NCBI GenBank assembly: GCA_001822065.1
Contig: MHPJ01000010.1
Location: 1 to 41,333 of the forward strand
Length of the DNA: 41,333 bases
Direction of reading: 5' to 3'
Source: Candidatus Staskawiczbacteria bacterium RIFOXYB1_FULL_37_44
GTDB lineage: Bacteria; Patescibacteriota; Minisyncoccia; Minisyncoccales; Staskawiczbacteraceae
The position numbers were made by a program, and so were the translations under genes. Below, piece by piece: positions 1-9,438 of the stretch. The notes under the pieces were generated by a model, which was given only the letters and a program-made list of their open reading frames with translations, made no database searches and had not been told where the DNA came from. The stretch's first letter is position 1. The number at the start of each line of letters is the position of its first letter.

Positions 1-2
1 CC

Positions 3-233
3 CTTTCTTTGGATTCCTCCGATGCTCAAGCCTCTTTTTACACTGCCCAAGAATTACTGGAAGGAAAAATTATGACCCCGGAGGAAAAATTTAAAAAAAT
101 TGACGCAATTACCGTTGAAGACATCCAAAGAGTAGCCAATGATATATTTACTCCTGAAAAATTAAATTTGGCAGTTCTCGGCCCGTTTGAAGAAAAAGAT
201 TCTGAAAAACTTAAAAATTTGTTGAAATTATAA
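3..233 (+). CDS. C-terminal fragment of an M16 (pitrilysin-like) peptidase, cut by the window edge
   Basis: KKIDAITVEDIQRVANDIF...LNLAVLGP is typical of the M16 C-terminus; the frame is open to the window start. Confidence 0.75.
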   Translation, partial: LSLDSSDAQASFYTAQELLEGKIMTPEEKFKKIDAITVEDIQRVANDIFTPEKLNLAVLGPFEEKDSEKLKNLLKL

Positions 234-1264
234 TGGAGAAAGAAAATATTTTAGATATTTCGTGGGAAACTATAATAAAAATTTTTGTAGCAATTTTTAT
301 TTTTTATATTATTTATTTGGCCAGAGAAGTGGCTCTTTGGTTTTTATTTGCGTTGGCCATTTCAATTTTGCTTGATCCTGCAATTAACTTTTTTAAAAAA
401 ATCCATATACCAAGAATTTTCGCAATACTTATAGTTTATCTGTCAATTTTTGGCATTCTTGGGCTTTTAATATATATTACCGCTCCAATTTTTATTTCAG
501 AAATGCGGCAATTTTTGCAATACTTGCCGGAATATTTTGAACAAATCAGCCCCGTTTTAAGACAATTTGGAATTGATACTGTCCAAAATTTTGACGATTT
601 TACAGAAGCTTTTTCCTCATATTTACAGCAAAGTTCTCAAAGCATTTTAAAAGCTCTAATGGTCTTTTTTGGCGGAGTTGCATCTACGATATCAATTTTA
701 ACAATGGCTTTTTTCCTTTCTTTGGAAGAGAAAGGGACAGAAAAAGTTTTATTGCTTCTTTTCCCATCTAAATTTGAAGATCAAATAAAATCTATTTTTG
801 AGAAAGTTCAGAAAAAAGTTGCCGGCTGGTTTGGCGCCAGGCTGCTGGCCTGCCTTTTTGTGGGGATTGCCTCGTATATTGTTTTTTATATATTCGGGAT
901 CAAATATGCTTTTATTTTAGCTTTAATATCCGGTTTTTTAAATTTTATACCTTATATTGGCCCATGGATAACAAGCATTTTACTGATTGCGCTTATTATA
1001 GTTTCTTCCGGCTCATGGCTGACCGTTCTTTATGTTTTAATCGCAATAACAATAGTCCAGGAGATAGAAAACAAACTCTTAACGCCCATGTTAATGAAAA
1101 AAATGACCGACATTCCGCCGGTTTTAGTTTTGGTTTCTTTATTGCTGGGAGCTCAAATTTTTGGGGTTTTAGGAATGATTTTTGCAGTGCCGATTTTCGG
1201 AATACTTTATGAATTTACAAAAGATTTTTTGGAAAAAAGAAGAGAAGGAGCAACACCTGAGTAA
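233..1264 (+). CDS. AI-2E family transporter (PerM/TqsA-like membrane protein)
   Basis: Multi-TM protein with LNFIPYIGP, VQEIENKLLTP and GVLGMIFAVP motifs. Confidence 0.9.
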   Translation: MEKENILDISWETIIKIFVAIFIFYIIYLAREVALWFLFALAISILLDPAINFFKKIHIPRIFAILIVYLSIFGILGLLIYITAPIFISEMRQFLQYLPEYFEQISPVLRQFGIDTVQNFDDFTEAFSSYLQQSSQSILKALMVFFGGVASTISILTMAFFLSLEEKGTEKVLLLLFPSKFEDQIKSIFEKVQKKVAGWFGARLLACLFVGIASYIVFYIFGIKYAFILALISGFLNFIPYIGPWITSILLIALIIVSSGSWLTVLYVLIAITIVQEIENKLLTPMLMKKMTDIPPVLVLVSLLLGAQIFGVLGMIFAVPIFGILYEFTKDFLEKRREGATPE

Positions 1265-1278
1265 ATATTTAGGTAAGT

Positions 1279-1350
1279 GTCATTCCCGCGAAAGCGGGAA
1301 TCCATAATTTTATGCCTACACTCTGGATTCCCAATCAAGTTGGGAATGAC
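1279..1350. repeat. REPIN-like bipartite palindrome, family A (GTCATTCCCGCGAAAGCGGGAATCC...GGATTCCC-N8-GGGAATGAC)
   Basis: Two inverted hairpin units between convergent genes; relatives at 26329 and 31515. Confidence 0.85.
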
Positions 1351-1790
1351 AATATGTAAATACAAATAATTACAACTACCGCTTGAGTGGAAACTCTCCA
1401 AAACATGGAGATTTTTTTATATTTTAGGAAATGAATTTTTTCGCTATGAATATTTTTGTGCATTTTTAAAATTTTATTTGGGAGAATAGAATTTAAAACA
1501 GTCAGACCGTCAGGCAAAATTGCAAAAAACGCGCAGATATAAATTATGGGAAAGTTTTTTGAGAACAAAAAAATAAACAAAATGCCAAAAGTAAAATCCA
1601 GTAAAACTTTAAATATTTCAGTGCGCGCTTTTGCCCACTGTTTTTCTTTGATATTCTCAACCCCGTATTCCGCATGGGGAATAAAATCCAAAAAATAATG
1701 GCTCAAGAATGCCAGCACGATTGCCAGAACAGGGCTTGAAACTTTTTGGCCGGTTAATGCCCCCAAAAGCATATGTACAAATAAAATCAT
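1335..1790 (-). CDS. Membrane protein, putative metal-dependent hydrolase-like
   Basis: HMLLG, SHYFLDFIPH and LPDG motifs in hydrophobic helices; the stop codon lies inside the repeat. Confidence 0.6.
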   Translation of the reverse strand: MILFVHMLLGALTGQKVSSPVLAIVLAFLSHYFLDFIPHAEYGVENIKEKQWAKARTEIFKVLLDFTFGILFIFLFSKNFPIIYICAFFAILPDGLTVLNSILPNKILKMHKNIHSEKIHFLKYKKISMFWRVSTQAVVVIICIYILSFPT

Positions 1791-1834
1791 TGAAATTTGG
1801 CTAAAAAGTAATAGAATTAGATAATTATCTTATT

Positions 1835-3277
1835 ATGCCAAAAAAATATTATATTACAACTAGTATACCCTACACAAATGCGCCTCCGCATATTGGGTTT
1901 GCATTGGAAATTGTGCAGGCCGATGTTTTAGCGCGTTATTTTAGAACTGCCGGCAGAGATGTTTTTTTCTTGACCGGAACCGACGAACACGGTCTAAAAA
2001 CATTAAGGGCGGCTGAGGTGGCCGGCAAAAGCACAATAGATTTTGCAGACGAGGTTTCGGGCAAGTTTGCAGAACTGGCAAAAACTTTGAATATTTCAAA
2101 TGATGATTTTATAAGAACCACCGATGAAAAAAGGCATAAGCCCGCGGTTTATAAGCTTTGGGAAAAGTATATAAAAAACGGAGACATTTACAAAAAGAAA
2201 TATAAAGGCTTTTATTGCGCAGGATGCGAGGCGTTTAAAACTGGAAAAGAAATAATTGGCGGCGAATGTATAATCCACCAAAAGCCGGTTGAAATAATTG
2301 AAGAAGAAAATTACTTTTTTAAGCTTTCAAAATATCTGCCGGAAATTAAAAAAATAATTGGAAAGGAAAAAATAAAAATTGTTCCAGAATCCAAAAAAAA
2401 CGAAGTTTTGGGAATGATCGGAAACGGCATTGAAGACGTGAGTTTTTCAAGAATGAAGGATAAATATTGGGGGTGGCCTGTGCCAAACGATCCTTCGCAA
2501 AATTTATATGTTTGGCTGGACGCCTTGCCAAATTATATTTCAGCCCTTGGATACGGAAGCAATGAAAAACAGCTTAAAAAATATTGGCCCGTTAATGTTC
2601 ATTGCATTGGAAAAGACATAGTAAAGTTCCATGCTATTTATTGGCCGGCAATGCTTTTGTCTGCCGGTCTTGATTTGCCAAAATCAATTTTTATACATGG
2701 TTTTATAAATGTGGGCGGACAGAAAATGTCTAAGAGTTTGGGAAATGTTATTGATCCGTTTGAATTGGTAAAAAAATATGGAGCAGATGCTGTGCGTTAT
2801 TATTTGCTGCGGGAAATTCCCTCAACAGAAGACGGTGATTTTTCTTTCGAAAAATTCAAGCAAAGATACAATGCGGATTTGGCAGGAGGAGTCGGAAATT
2901 TGGTTGCTAGAGTTTTAGGAATATCAGCGAAAATTTCGAATTTCGAATTTCGAATTTCGGATAAATTTGAAAATAAAGAATTAAAAAAGCAAATAAAAAG
3001 TACAAAAAAACGAGTTGCGAAAAAATTAGAAGAATTTAAATTTAATGAGGCGTTAGCAAGCGTTTGGGGATTAATCAGTTTTTGCGATAAATATATCAAT
3101 GAAGAAAAGCTGTGGGAAACAAAAAACCCTAAAGTTATAAACGATTTGTTTTTTACAATAAAAGAAATTGCCGGATTTTTAAGGCCTTTTTTGCCCGAAA
3201 CATCGGAAAAAATTATGCGTCTCTATTCAGGGCAAGCTAAGCCGGAAATATTATTTCCAAGGCTGCAGGAAAAATAG
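1835..3277 (+). CDS. metG: Methionine--tRNA ligase (short form)
   Basis: YYITTSIPYTNAPPHIG, TGTDEHG, LYVWLDAL, GKDIVKFHAIYWPA and KMSKS. Confidence 0.97.
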   Translation: MPKKYYITTSIPYTNAPPHIGFALEIVQADVLARYFRTAGRDVFFLTGTDEHGLKTLRAAEVAGKSTIDFADEVSGKFAELAKTLNISNDDFIRTTDEKRHKPAVYKLWEKYIKNGDIYKKKYKGFYCAGCEAFKTGKEIIGGECIIHQKPVEIIEEENYFFKLSKYLPEIKKIIGKEKIKIVPESKKNEVLGMIGNGIEDVSFSRMKDKYWGWPVPNDPSQNLYVWLDALPNYISALGYGSNEKQLKKYWPVNVHCIGKDIVKFHAIYWPAMLLSAGLDLPKSIFIHGFINVGGQKMSKSLGNVIDPFELVKKYGADAVRYYLLREIPSTEDGDFSFEKFKQRYNADLAGGVGNLVARVLGISAKISNFEFRISDKFENKELKKQIKSTKKRVAKKLEEFKFNEALASVWGLISFCDKYINEEKLWETKNPKVINDLFFTIKEIAGFLRPFLPETSEKIMRLYSGQAKPEILFPRLQEK

Positions 3278-3296
3278 TCGCTCCTGCCTCGTGCCT

Positions 3297-3325
3297 TTGA
3301 CAAATTTTAATATATTTGCTAAGAT
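3297..3325 (+). promoter_or_regulatory. sigma70 promoter of rpsT (probably leaderless mRNA)
   Basis: TTGACA-17nt-(TGc)TAAGAT, with only 6 nt between the -10 box and the ATG. Confidence 0.8.
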
Positions 3326-3331
3326 GTCCTT

Positions 3332-3595
3332 ATGGCAATCACAAAATCAGCTAAAAAAGCTATCAGGCAATCGGTCTCCAGAAAGGAGCATAACGTTGCC
3401 TATAAAAACAAAATAAAGGCTTTAGTAAAACAAGCTCGAGCTTTTGTTGCGGCAAAAAAAAACAGCGATGCAAAAAAACTTCTGCCAGATATTTATGCAG
3501 CGTTTGACAAGGCGGCCAAGGTTGGAATTATCAAAAAAAATAACGCTTCAAGACATAAATCAAGGTTAACAAAACTCATAGACAAAAAGATCTAA
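3332..3595 (+). CDS. rpsT: 30S ribosomal protein S20
   Basis: MAITKSAKKAIRQS...DKAAKVGIIKKNNASRHKSRL. Confidence 0.97.
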   Translation: MAITKSAKKAIRQSVSRKEHNVAYKNKIKALVKQARAFVAAKKNSDAKKLLPDIYAAFDKAAKVGIIKKNNASRHKSRLTKLIDKKI

Positions 3596-4504
3596 CGCGG
3601 TTTCTGGTTCAACTTTCCCGGTTTTGATATCCAAATCTATCTGAAAAATTTTCCGGTAGATTTTTTTTAATTCTGGCATTGAAAACTGGCCGCATAAACT
3701 GTAAGTTTTTTGCGCAACAAAAGGGTGAAGCCCGGATTTTTTTACAATTATCTGGTACTGATTTTTTTTATCAATCAACTCTTTTATAATCAATAAATTT
3801 TTAAATTGGTAAGCAATCATGCTCAATAAATAAAGAGTATTGTCGCCGCCGTCTAAATGCTCGTGAAGCAAAGATAGCGCCAACTTTTTATTTTTTGAGG
3901 CCAAGGCGTCAATGGTTTTAAAAATATCATTTTCAATGCCGGGCGCAACCAGCTGCTCAACATCTTCTTTTTTTACAGCTCCTCCTGCTCTATAATTTGC
4001 CAGCTTGTTTATTTCGTTTGCCATGCGCCATAAATCTGTTTTTACACAATTTGCAAGCAAATCCATAGCGAAAGAATCAATTTTTGTTTCGGTTTTTGAA
4101 AATTCCGCAACAATCCATTTTTTTAAATTAGCAGGTTTTAAGCAGCCAAATTCCTGGCACGTTGCGCATTTTAAAAGGGTTTTAAAAAACTTTGCCCGTT
4201 GGTCTGCAGGACAATCTTCGTAAATGACAATTATATCTTTTAAATTTTCCAAGCCCTTAATATTCTCTAAAAATTCTTCTTGAAATTTTACGTTTGAAAA
4301 AACATTATTCAAAACTATTAGTTTTTTTTCCGCAAACATTGAGCTTACCCTGAAATTACTGTAAAAATCCTTGAAACTTGCTTCTTTGGCATTTATGTAA
4401 ATTAAATTCAGTCCGGATTTGTGGACTTTTTTATAACCCAAAATAATCTCTTCTAACTTCCTTTTTGACCTGTAAGAATCTTCCCCGTACAAAAATATAA
4501 TCAT
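3566..4504 (-). CDS. holA: DNA polymerase III delta subunit
   Basis: MIIFLYGEDSY start (ATGA overlap with the mutM stop), NEINKL, HPFVAQK and DLDIKTG. Confidence 0.92.
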   Translation of the reverse strand: MIIFLYGEDSYRSKRKLEEIILGYKKVHKSGLNLIYINAKEASFKDFYSNFRVSSMFAEKKLIVLNNVFSNVKFQEEFLENIKGLENLKDIIVIYEDCPADQRAKFFKTLLKCATCQEFGCLKPANLKKWIVAEFSKTETKIDSFAMDLLANCVKTDLWRMANEINKLANYRAGGAVKKEDVEQLVAPGIENDIFKTIDALASKNKKLALSLLHEHLDGGDNTLYLLSMIAYQFKNLLIIKELIDKKNQYQIIVKKSGLHPFVAQKTYSLCGQFSMPELKKIYRKIFQIDLDIKTGKVEPETALDLFVYEFC

Positions 4505-5370
4505 AGTTTTTGGCAGTGGGGACAAAAAAATGCCGAACGCTGGGCAACTTTGATTCGCTTTATTTTTGTTCCGCACTTGCGGCATTTTTGGTTTTCCCTT
4601 TTATAGGCTTTTCTTTCTGTATCAAAATCTCCTTTAGTGCCGTCCGGCTTTCTGTAATCAGAAAAGCTTTCTCCTCCCAATTTTACGCCTAATTCTAAAA
4701 CTTTTTTAATTGCTTTATATAAAGATTCTAATTCTTTTTCAGACAATTTTGCAACACTTTTTCCAGGATGTATTTTTGCATGCCACAAAGCCTCGCTGGC
4801 ATAAATATTTCCAACGCCCGCAATTACGCCTTGATCCATTATAATTTGCTTAATTTTTCCGTGTTTATCTTTTAAAACTTCTTTAAATTTATTTAAATTA
4901 AATTTTTTATCCAATGGCTCGGGTCCGATTTTTTTAAATTCTTTTTTTAAATTTTCTGTTTTCCATAATTCAACTTTTGCAAATTTTCTGGCGTCGGACA
5001 AGGCAAGCATCAATCCGTTGTCTAAAAAAAATATTAAATGCAAAAAACGGTTATACGGATCATTCAACGGCCCCTCTTTCACGGGCACCCACTTTTCACC
5101 TTCAGCTTTCCACTTTCCAACTAAAAAATGCCCTGTCATTTTCATGTGCACCAGCAAAGAATAATTTTCAGATAAGTCAAAAATAACATTTTTTGCCCTG
5201 CGCCAGATTTTTTTTATTTTTTTATTTTTTATTTCTTTTTTAAACAGTTTAAAATCTTTCGGTTTTTTTACAATTTTCTCCCAATCTGACCACACATCAA
5301 CAAAGGCCCGGCTAAGGACCTTTTTATTCAAACCGTTTACAGTTGTTTGCACTTCAGGCAATTCGGGCAT
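4501..5370 (-). CDS. mutM: Formamidopyrimidine-DNA glycosylase
   Basis: MPELPEV N-terminus, HMKMTG, GVGNIYASE and a C-terminal CxxC...CPHCQ zinc finger. Confidence 0.97.
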   Translation of the reverse strand: MPELPEVQTTVNGLNKKVLSRAFVDVWSDWEKIVKKPKDFKLFKKEIKNKKIKKIWRRAKNVIFDLSENYSLLVHMKMTGHFLVGKWKAEGEKWVPVKEGPLNDPYNRFLHLIFFLDNGLMLALSDARKFAKVELWKTENLKKEFKKIGPEPLDKKFNLNKFKEVLKDKHGKIKQIIMDQGVIAGVGNIYASEALWHAKIHPGKSVAKLSEKELESLYKAIKKVLELGVKLGGESFSDYRKPDGTKGDFDTERKAYKRENQKCRKCGTKIKRIKVAQRSAFFCPHCQKL

Positions 5371-5975
5371 TATATATTTTCTATATTATTTATATTTTTT
5401 TTATTTTTTGCTTTACCTGCTTTTTTCCTTAAATTTTCCAGCCCTTCCTTTAATTGGCGCGTTTCCAATTCCTTGTCTTTAGCTTTCGCGGAAAGCGCTT
5501 CTAACTGCCTTACCAATCTTTCCAGCTCTATAGTTCTGTTTTTTACTTTTTGTTCTAGAGCATTTATTATTACCTGCAAATCTTGCGTTTTGGCTTGCAC
5601 TTTTATGCCAACAAATTTTTCCGCATTCTCTTGCTGCTCGCGGCTTTTCTGCAATTCTTCGGCTATTTTATTAAAAACTTTTGCAAGCTCGGCAAATTCA
5701 TCTTTAGTTTCCAAGTAAACTCTGCTGGAAGAATTTCCCTTGCTTAATTCTGTTGCTTTTTCCAGTAATTCCTTTAAAGGAGAAACTAAATTTTGACCGC
5801 TTGCAAAACCAAAGAAAAAAACATAAATACCTAAAATTCCAATAACAATATAAAATCCTATGTCAAATTTATCAAAATTAAGGGCTGTAACATAACTTAA
5901 AGCCACAAATACAGATATGGCAAAAATGCCGGCTAAAATTATGGGAACTGCTATTTTAAATTTTAATTTTGCCAT
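5370..5975 (-). CDS. HAMP-domain membrane protein with C-terminal coiled coil
   Basis: Two TM helices, then PLKEL...DEFAELAKVFN (HAMP); no kinase or MCP domain visible. Confidence 0.75.
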   Translation of the reverse strand: MAKLKFKIAVPIILAGIFAISVFVALSYVTALNFDKFDIGFYIVIGILGIYVFFFGFASGQNLVSPLKELLEKATELSKGNSSSRVYLETKDEFAELAKVFNKIAEELQKSREQQENAEKFVGIKVQAKTQDLQVIINALEQKVKNRTIELERLVRQLEALSAKAKDKELETRQLKEGLENLRKKAGKAKNKKNINNIENI

Positions 5976-5990
5976 ATATAATCATAAATT

Positions 5991-6887
5991 TTATTTATGC
6001 GATAAAAGAGACAGGCGCTCAACTAATGAATTGAATTCTAAAGCGTATAATTTTTCTTCAACTTTTATTTTATCAAATTTTCCAAACTCGCAATCTTTCA
6101 AAACAAAATCTATTTTTACATCATTTTTCATTTCCACAAGTTCGCGTGACATAAGCGCGTTTTCTTTATTTTGTCTTAACGCTTCTTTTACCTTGGGCTT
6201 TAAAACAGCCGTGTCTGTTAAAAGTTCATCGTACAAATTTTCTATGCTGTTGTATTTTTGGATAATCTCTGCCGCTGTTTTTTTGCCGATTCCCGCAACG
6301 CCGGGAATATTATCTGAAGGGTCGCCAGTTAAAGCCTTAAAGTCATTCATCTGATCCGGCTTTACGCCAAACCTTTCTACTACTTTATTTATATCATAGA
6401 TTATCGTGTCTTTAATACCCTTTCCTAAAGTATAAATTTTTATTTTTTCATTTACCAGCTGCAAGCTGTCCATATCTCCGGTTAAAATAAATATCTCTAA
6501 ATTATTATTTTGTAAAAGCGCTAATTTAGAAATAGTCGCGATTAAATCATCTGCCTCAAAACCGTCTTTTGCAAAAACAGGAATTTTAAAAGCTTCTAAA
6601 ACTTCTTTTACAATTGGAATTTGGGTAACAATTCCTGAAGGAGTCAAAGGCCTTTGGGCTTTATAATCTAAAAATTTTTCGTGCCTGAAAGTTTTGGCTT
6701 TTGTGTCAAAAGTTGCGACAACATATTCCGGATTTAAATCTTTTATTGCTTTAAACAAAGTCAGCAAATACCCATAAACAGCTCCGGTTTCCTGTCCGTT
6801 TTTCATTGCCAGCGGAGGCAAGGCATGAAACGCCCGATGCAACAGCGCATTTGAGTCTATAATAATCAGTCTTTTTTTATCGTCCAT
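5991..6887 (-). CDS. Stand-alone 5'-3' exonuclease (PolA N-terminal/FEN domain)
   Basis: IIDSNALLHRAFHALP, EADDLIAT, TGDMD and GDPSDNIPGVAGIGKKTA (H3TH); no polymerase domain follows. Confidence 0.92.
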   Translation of the reverse strand: MDDKKRLIIIDSNALLHRAFHALPPLAMKNGQETGAVYGYLLTLFKAIKDLNPEYVVATFDTKAKTFRHEKFLDYKAQRPLTPSGIVTQIPIVKEVLEAFKIPVFAKDGFEADDLIATISKLALLQNNNLEIFILTGDMDSLQLVNEKIKIYTLGKGIKDTIIYDINKVVERFGVKPDQMNDFKALTGDPSDNIPGVAGIGKKTAAEIIQKYNSIENLYDELLTDTAVLKPKVKEALRQNKENALMSRELVEMKNDVKIDFVLKDCEFGKFDKIKVEEKLYALEFNSLVERLSLLSHK

Positions 6888-6898
6888 TATATATCATA

Positions 6899-7375
6899 TC
6901 ACGTTTTAATATTTATTTCTCTAGTTTTTTCATCGACAAATGTAAAATTTATTTTTATAAAATTTTTGGGCAGGTATTTTTTAATTTTTTCTGGCCATTC
7001 AATTGCCACAATATTTTCCGGGTTTGAAATTATTTCTTTAAAACCCAATTCTAAAATTTCCTCGGACTTATTTATTCTATAACAATCAAAATGAAAAAGC
7101 CTTTTATTCGTTAAAATTGACGACCGTCCATTTTTTGGAATACAAAATTTTCTGTAAATTATAAATGTGGGGCTTAAAATTTTTTCTTTTATGCCAAGCC
7201 CTTTCGCAAAGCCCTGCAAAAAAGTTGTTTTTCCTCCGCCTAAATTTCCATGTAGAGCAATAACAACAGCGGTTTTAGATTGCTTCGTCGCTACGCTCCT
7301 CGCAATGACGAGCGCGAAATCTTGACCAAGTTTTTGCGTTTGCTTATAATTTTTTGTTGTATATTTTTTTAGCAT
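6899..7375 (-). CDS. tsaE: t6A tRNA modification ATPase TsaE
   Basis: GNLGGGKTTF, SPTF, HFDCYRI and IEWPE motifs. Confidence 0.95.
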   Translation of the reverse strand: MLKKYTTKNYKQTQKLGQDFALVIARSVATKQSKTAVVIALHGNLGGGKTTFLQGFAKGLGIKEKILSPTFIIYRKFCIPKNGRSSILTNKRLFHFDCYRINKSEEILELGFKEIISNPENIVAIEWPEKIKKYLPKNFIKINFTFVDEKTREINIKT

Positions 7376-7459
7376 AACTTAAAAAATTTGACTTTAAAAA
7401 CAAATTCGTTTAGTGTGTAAAAATACCTGCCTCGCAGAATCAAGGCGGGAAGAAAAAAT

Positions 7460-8029
7460 ATGGAACTTCAAGAAGCAAAACAAATTATTACCGAGGCAAA
7501 AAATATTTATTTAATTCCCGAAGAAACTCCTGAAGCAATAACCTCTGTGCTAGCCCTTTTTTATACTTTAAAAGAAATGGGCAAAAATGTAAACCTGTTG
7601 CTGGAAAATTTGCCTGAAAATTTAAAATTTTTATCGCCATCTTTGGATTTTATTTCTTACCCGAAAAACTTTGTAATTTCGGTTCCAAACAATATCGCCA
7701 ATGTGTCTCAAATTTTTTACGAAAAAAACGACGAGGCTTTAAAAATACACTTAACTGTAGAAAATGGTAATATTAAAAAAGATAACATTGCGTTTTATTT
7801 TGCCGAAACAAAACCCGACCTTATTATAACCCTAGGAATAAAAGATTATACCGAACAATTAAAAGGCAGGCTGAATACTTTTGGATTTTTACTTGACTCG
7901 CCCATTTTAGATATTGACAGCACTCCGACGGGCTCAGTGCAAGAAAACAAAAAATTTGGTAAAATAAACTTACTGGAAGACAATCCTTTGTTTGAAATTA
8001 TTATGCGTTTAATAAACAATTTACATTAA
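7460..8029 (+). CDS. Degenerate DHH-phosphoesterase-like protein (N-terminal part only)
   Basis: AITSVLALFYTLKEMGK and PDLIITLG...PILDID resemble the DHH family, but the catalytic DHH is absent. Confidence 0.5.
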   Translation: MELQEAKQIITEAKNIYLIPEETPEAITSVLALFYTLKEMGKNVNLLLENLPENLKFLSPSLDFISYPKNFVISVPNNIANVSQIFYEKNDEALKIHLTVENGNIKKDNIAFYFAETKPDLIITLGIKDYTEQLKGRLNTFGFLLDSPILDIDSTPTGSVQENKKFGKINLLEDNPLFEIIMRLINNLH

Positions 8030-8031
8030 AT

Positions 8032-9243
8032 ATGGAAGACGTAAAAAAATTATTGGGATCGGTGGCAATTTCTCCAAAAATTATTGAAGAAACAGATAAG
8101 GGGGTAAAAGACATTGAAGGATTTAAAAATAAAATAGAAGAATATCTCTCCCAAAACGTTACTGAACTTTTAGATGTTATTTTATATGGAGCAATAGCGC
8201 TTGATACTTCAGACATCCACGTTGAGCCGGAGCAAGAAAAATCAAGACTAAGAATTAGATTGGACGGCATCCTGCAAGATGTTGTTTTTTTTGACCGAAA
8301 TATTTACCGCCATTTAATTTCCAGATTAAAGTTGCTTTCAAAATTAAAATTAAACATTACAGACAAGCCTCAAGACGGCAGGTTTACAATTGGCGTTAAA
8401 GATTTGTTAATTGAAATAAGAACTTCCAGCTTGCCGGCCGAATACGGCGAATCAATTGTAATGAGAATTCTAAATCCAAAAAGCTTGATCAGTTTGGAGG
8501 ACCTTGGCTTGCGCGAAGACTTGTATAAAATTTTTCAGAAAGAAATTGAAAAGCCAAATGGAATGATAATCGTTACCGGCCCCACGGGATCGGGAAAAAC
8601 AACCACGCTTTACGCATTTTTAAAAAAAATACAAAATCCTGAAATTAAAATTATCACAATTGAAGACCCAATTGAATATCATTTGGCGGGAGTTTCGCAA
8701 ACGCAAGTCGCTCCGGAAAAAGGCTATGATTTTTCAGACGGATTAAAAAGCATTGTACGGCAAGATCCCGATGTTATTCTGGTTGGAGAAATAAGGGACT
8801 TGGAAACCGCAAAAATAGCCCTGCAAGCGTCTTTAACCGGGCATCTGGTACTTAGCACTTTGCATACAAATGATGCGGCTGGGACCATCCCAAGGCTTGT
8901 GGACATTGGTACAGACGCTTCGTCAATTGCATCGGGGTTGAAAATGGCAATTGCCCAAAGATTGGTCAGAAAAATCTGCCCAAAATGCAAAGCCAAAAAA
9001 GGCGGCTGCGAATATTGCAATTTTACAGAATATAAAGGCAGAATGGGCTTATACGAAGTTCTCTTGGTTGACGCTGAAATGGAAAAATTTATTTTAACCA
9101 ATCCGCCGGTTTCTGAAATCAAAAAATTAGCCATACAAAAAGGCATGGTCACAATGTACCAATCTGGATTGCTGGCGGTAAAAGAAAAAAAGACAACATT
9201 GCAAGAAGTTAAACGCGTTGTGGAAGAAGACGAATCGCTTTAA
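8032..9243 (+). CDS. GspE/PilB family secretion/pilus ATPase (short N-terminus)
   Basis: SDIHVEP, PQDGRF, GPTGSGKTTTLY, TIEDPIEY, RQDPDVILVGEIRD and LSTLHTN. Confidence 0.95.
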   Translation: MEDVKKLLGSVAISPKIIEETDKGVKDIEGFKNKIEEYLSQNVTELLDVILYGAIALDTSDIHVEPEQEKSRLRIRLDGILQDVVFFDRNIYRHLISRLKLLSKLKLNITDKPQDGRFTIGVKDLLIEIRTSSLPAEYGESIVMRILNPKSLISLEDLGLREDLYKIFQKEIEKPNGMIIVTGPTGSGKTTTLYAFLKKIQNPEIKIITIEDPIEYHLAGVSQTQVAPEKGYDFSDGLKSIVRQDPDVILVGEIRDLETAKIALQASLTGHLVLSTLHTNDAAGTIPRLVDIGTDASSIASGLKMAIAQRLVRKICPKCKAKKGGCEYCNFTEYKGRMGLYEVLLVDAEMEKFILTNPPVSEIKKLAIQKGMVTMYQSGLLAVKEKKTTLQEVKRVVEEDESL

Positions 9244-9244
9244 C

Positions 9245-9403
9245 AAAAAAAACGGCTCTGGGGTTGGAGGTAGTTTTATTGTCTGGGACAATAAGAAAGA
9301 TTTTTTTGAGGAGCGGTCGAGCCGGAGCAAGACCGTCCGAAGCTGAAAAAAATCCAAATAAATACCTCCAACTCCAGAGCCGTTTCCGGTGTATTTTTCA
9401 ATA
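9245..9403 (-). ncRNA. Candidate rod-shaped sRNA of about 160 nt (6S-like architecture, family unassigned)
   Basis: 23-bp inverted repeat 9250-9272/9363-9385, inner stems, 8-bp side hairpin 9276-9294, U8 tail and an upstream consensus promoter. Confidence 0.6.
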
Positions 9404-9409
9404 TCTTTA

Positions 9410-9438
9410 ATATTAGCATTTTTTAAAGTATATGTCAA
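9410..9438 (-). promoter_or_regulatory. sigma70 promoter overlapping the ruvB start codon, driving the candidate sRNA
   Basis: Minus strand TTGACA-17nt-(TGc)TAATAT. Confidence 0.7.

Noticed and set aside
5991-6887. Truncated polA pseudogene
   Set aside because: Complete FEN domain with a clean end and no polymerase remnant downstream; stand-alone 5'-3' exonucleases are known
9127-9438. 103-aa minus-strand ORF with an internal GGAGG-TTG
   Set aside because: The SD is sequestered in the stem, and the ORF crosses the U-tract and runs antisense into the ATPase gene
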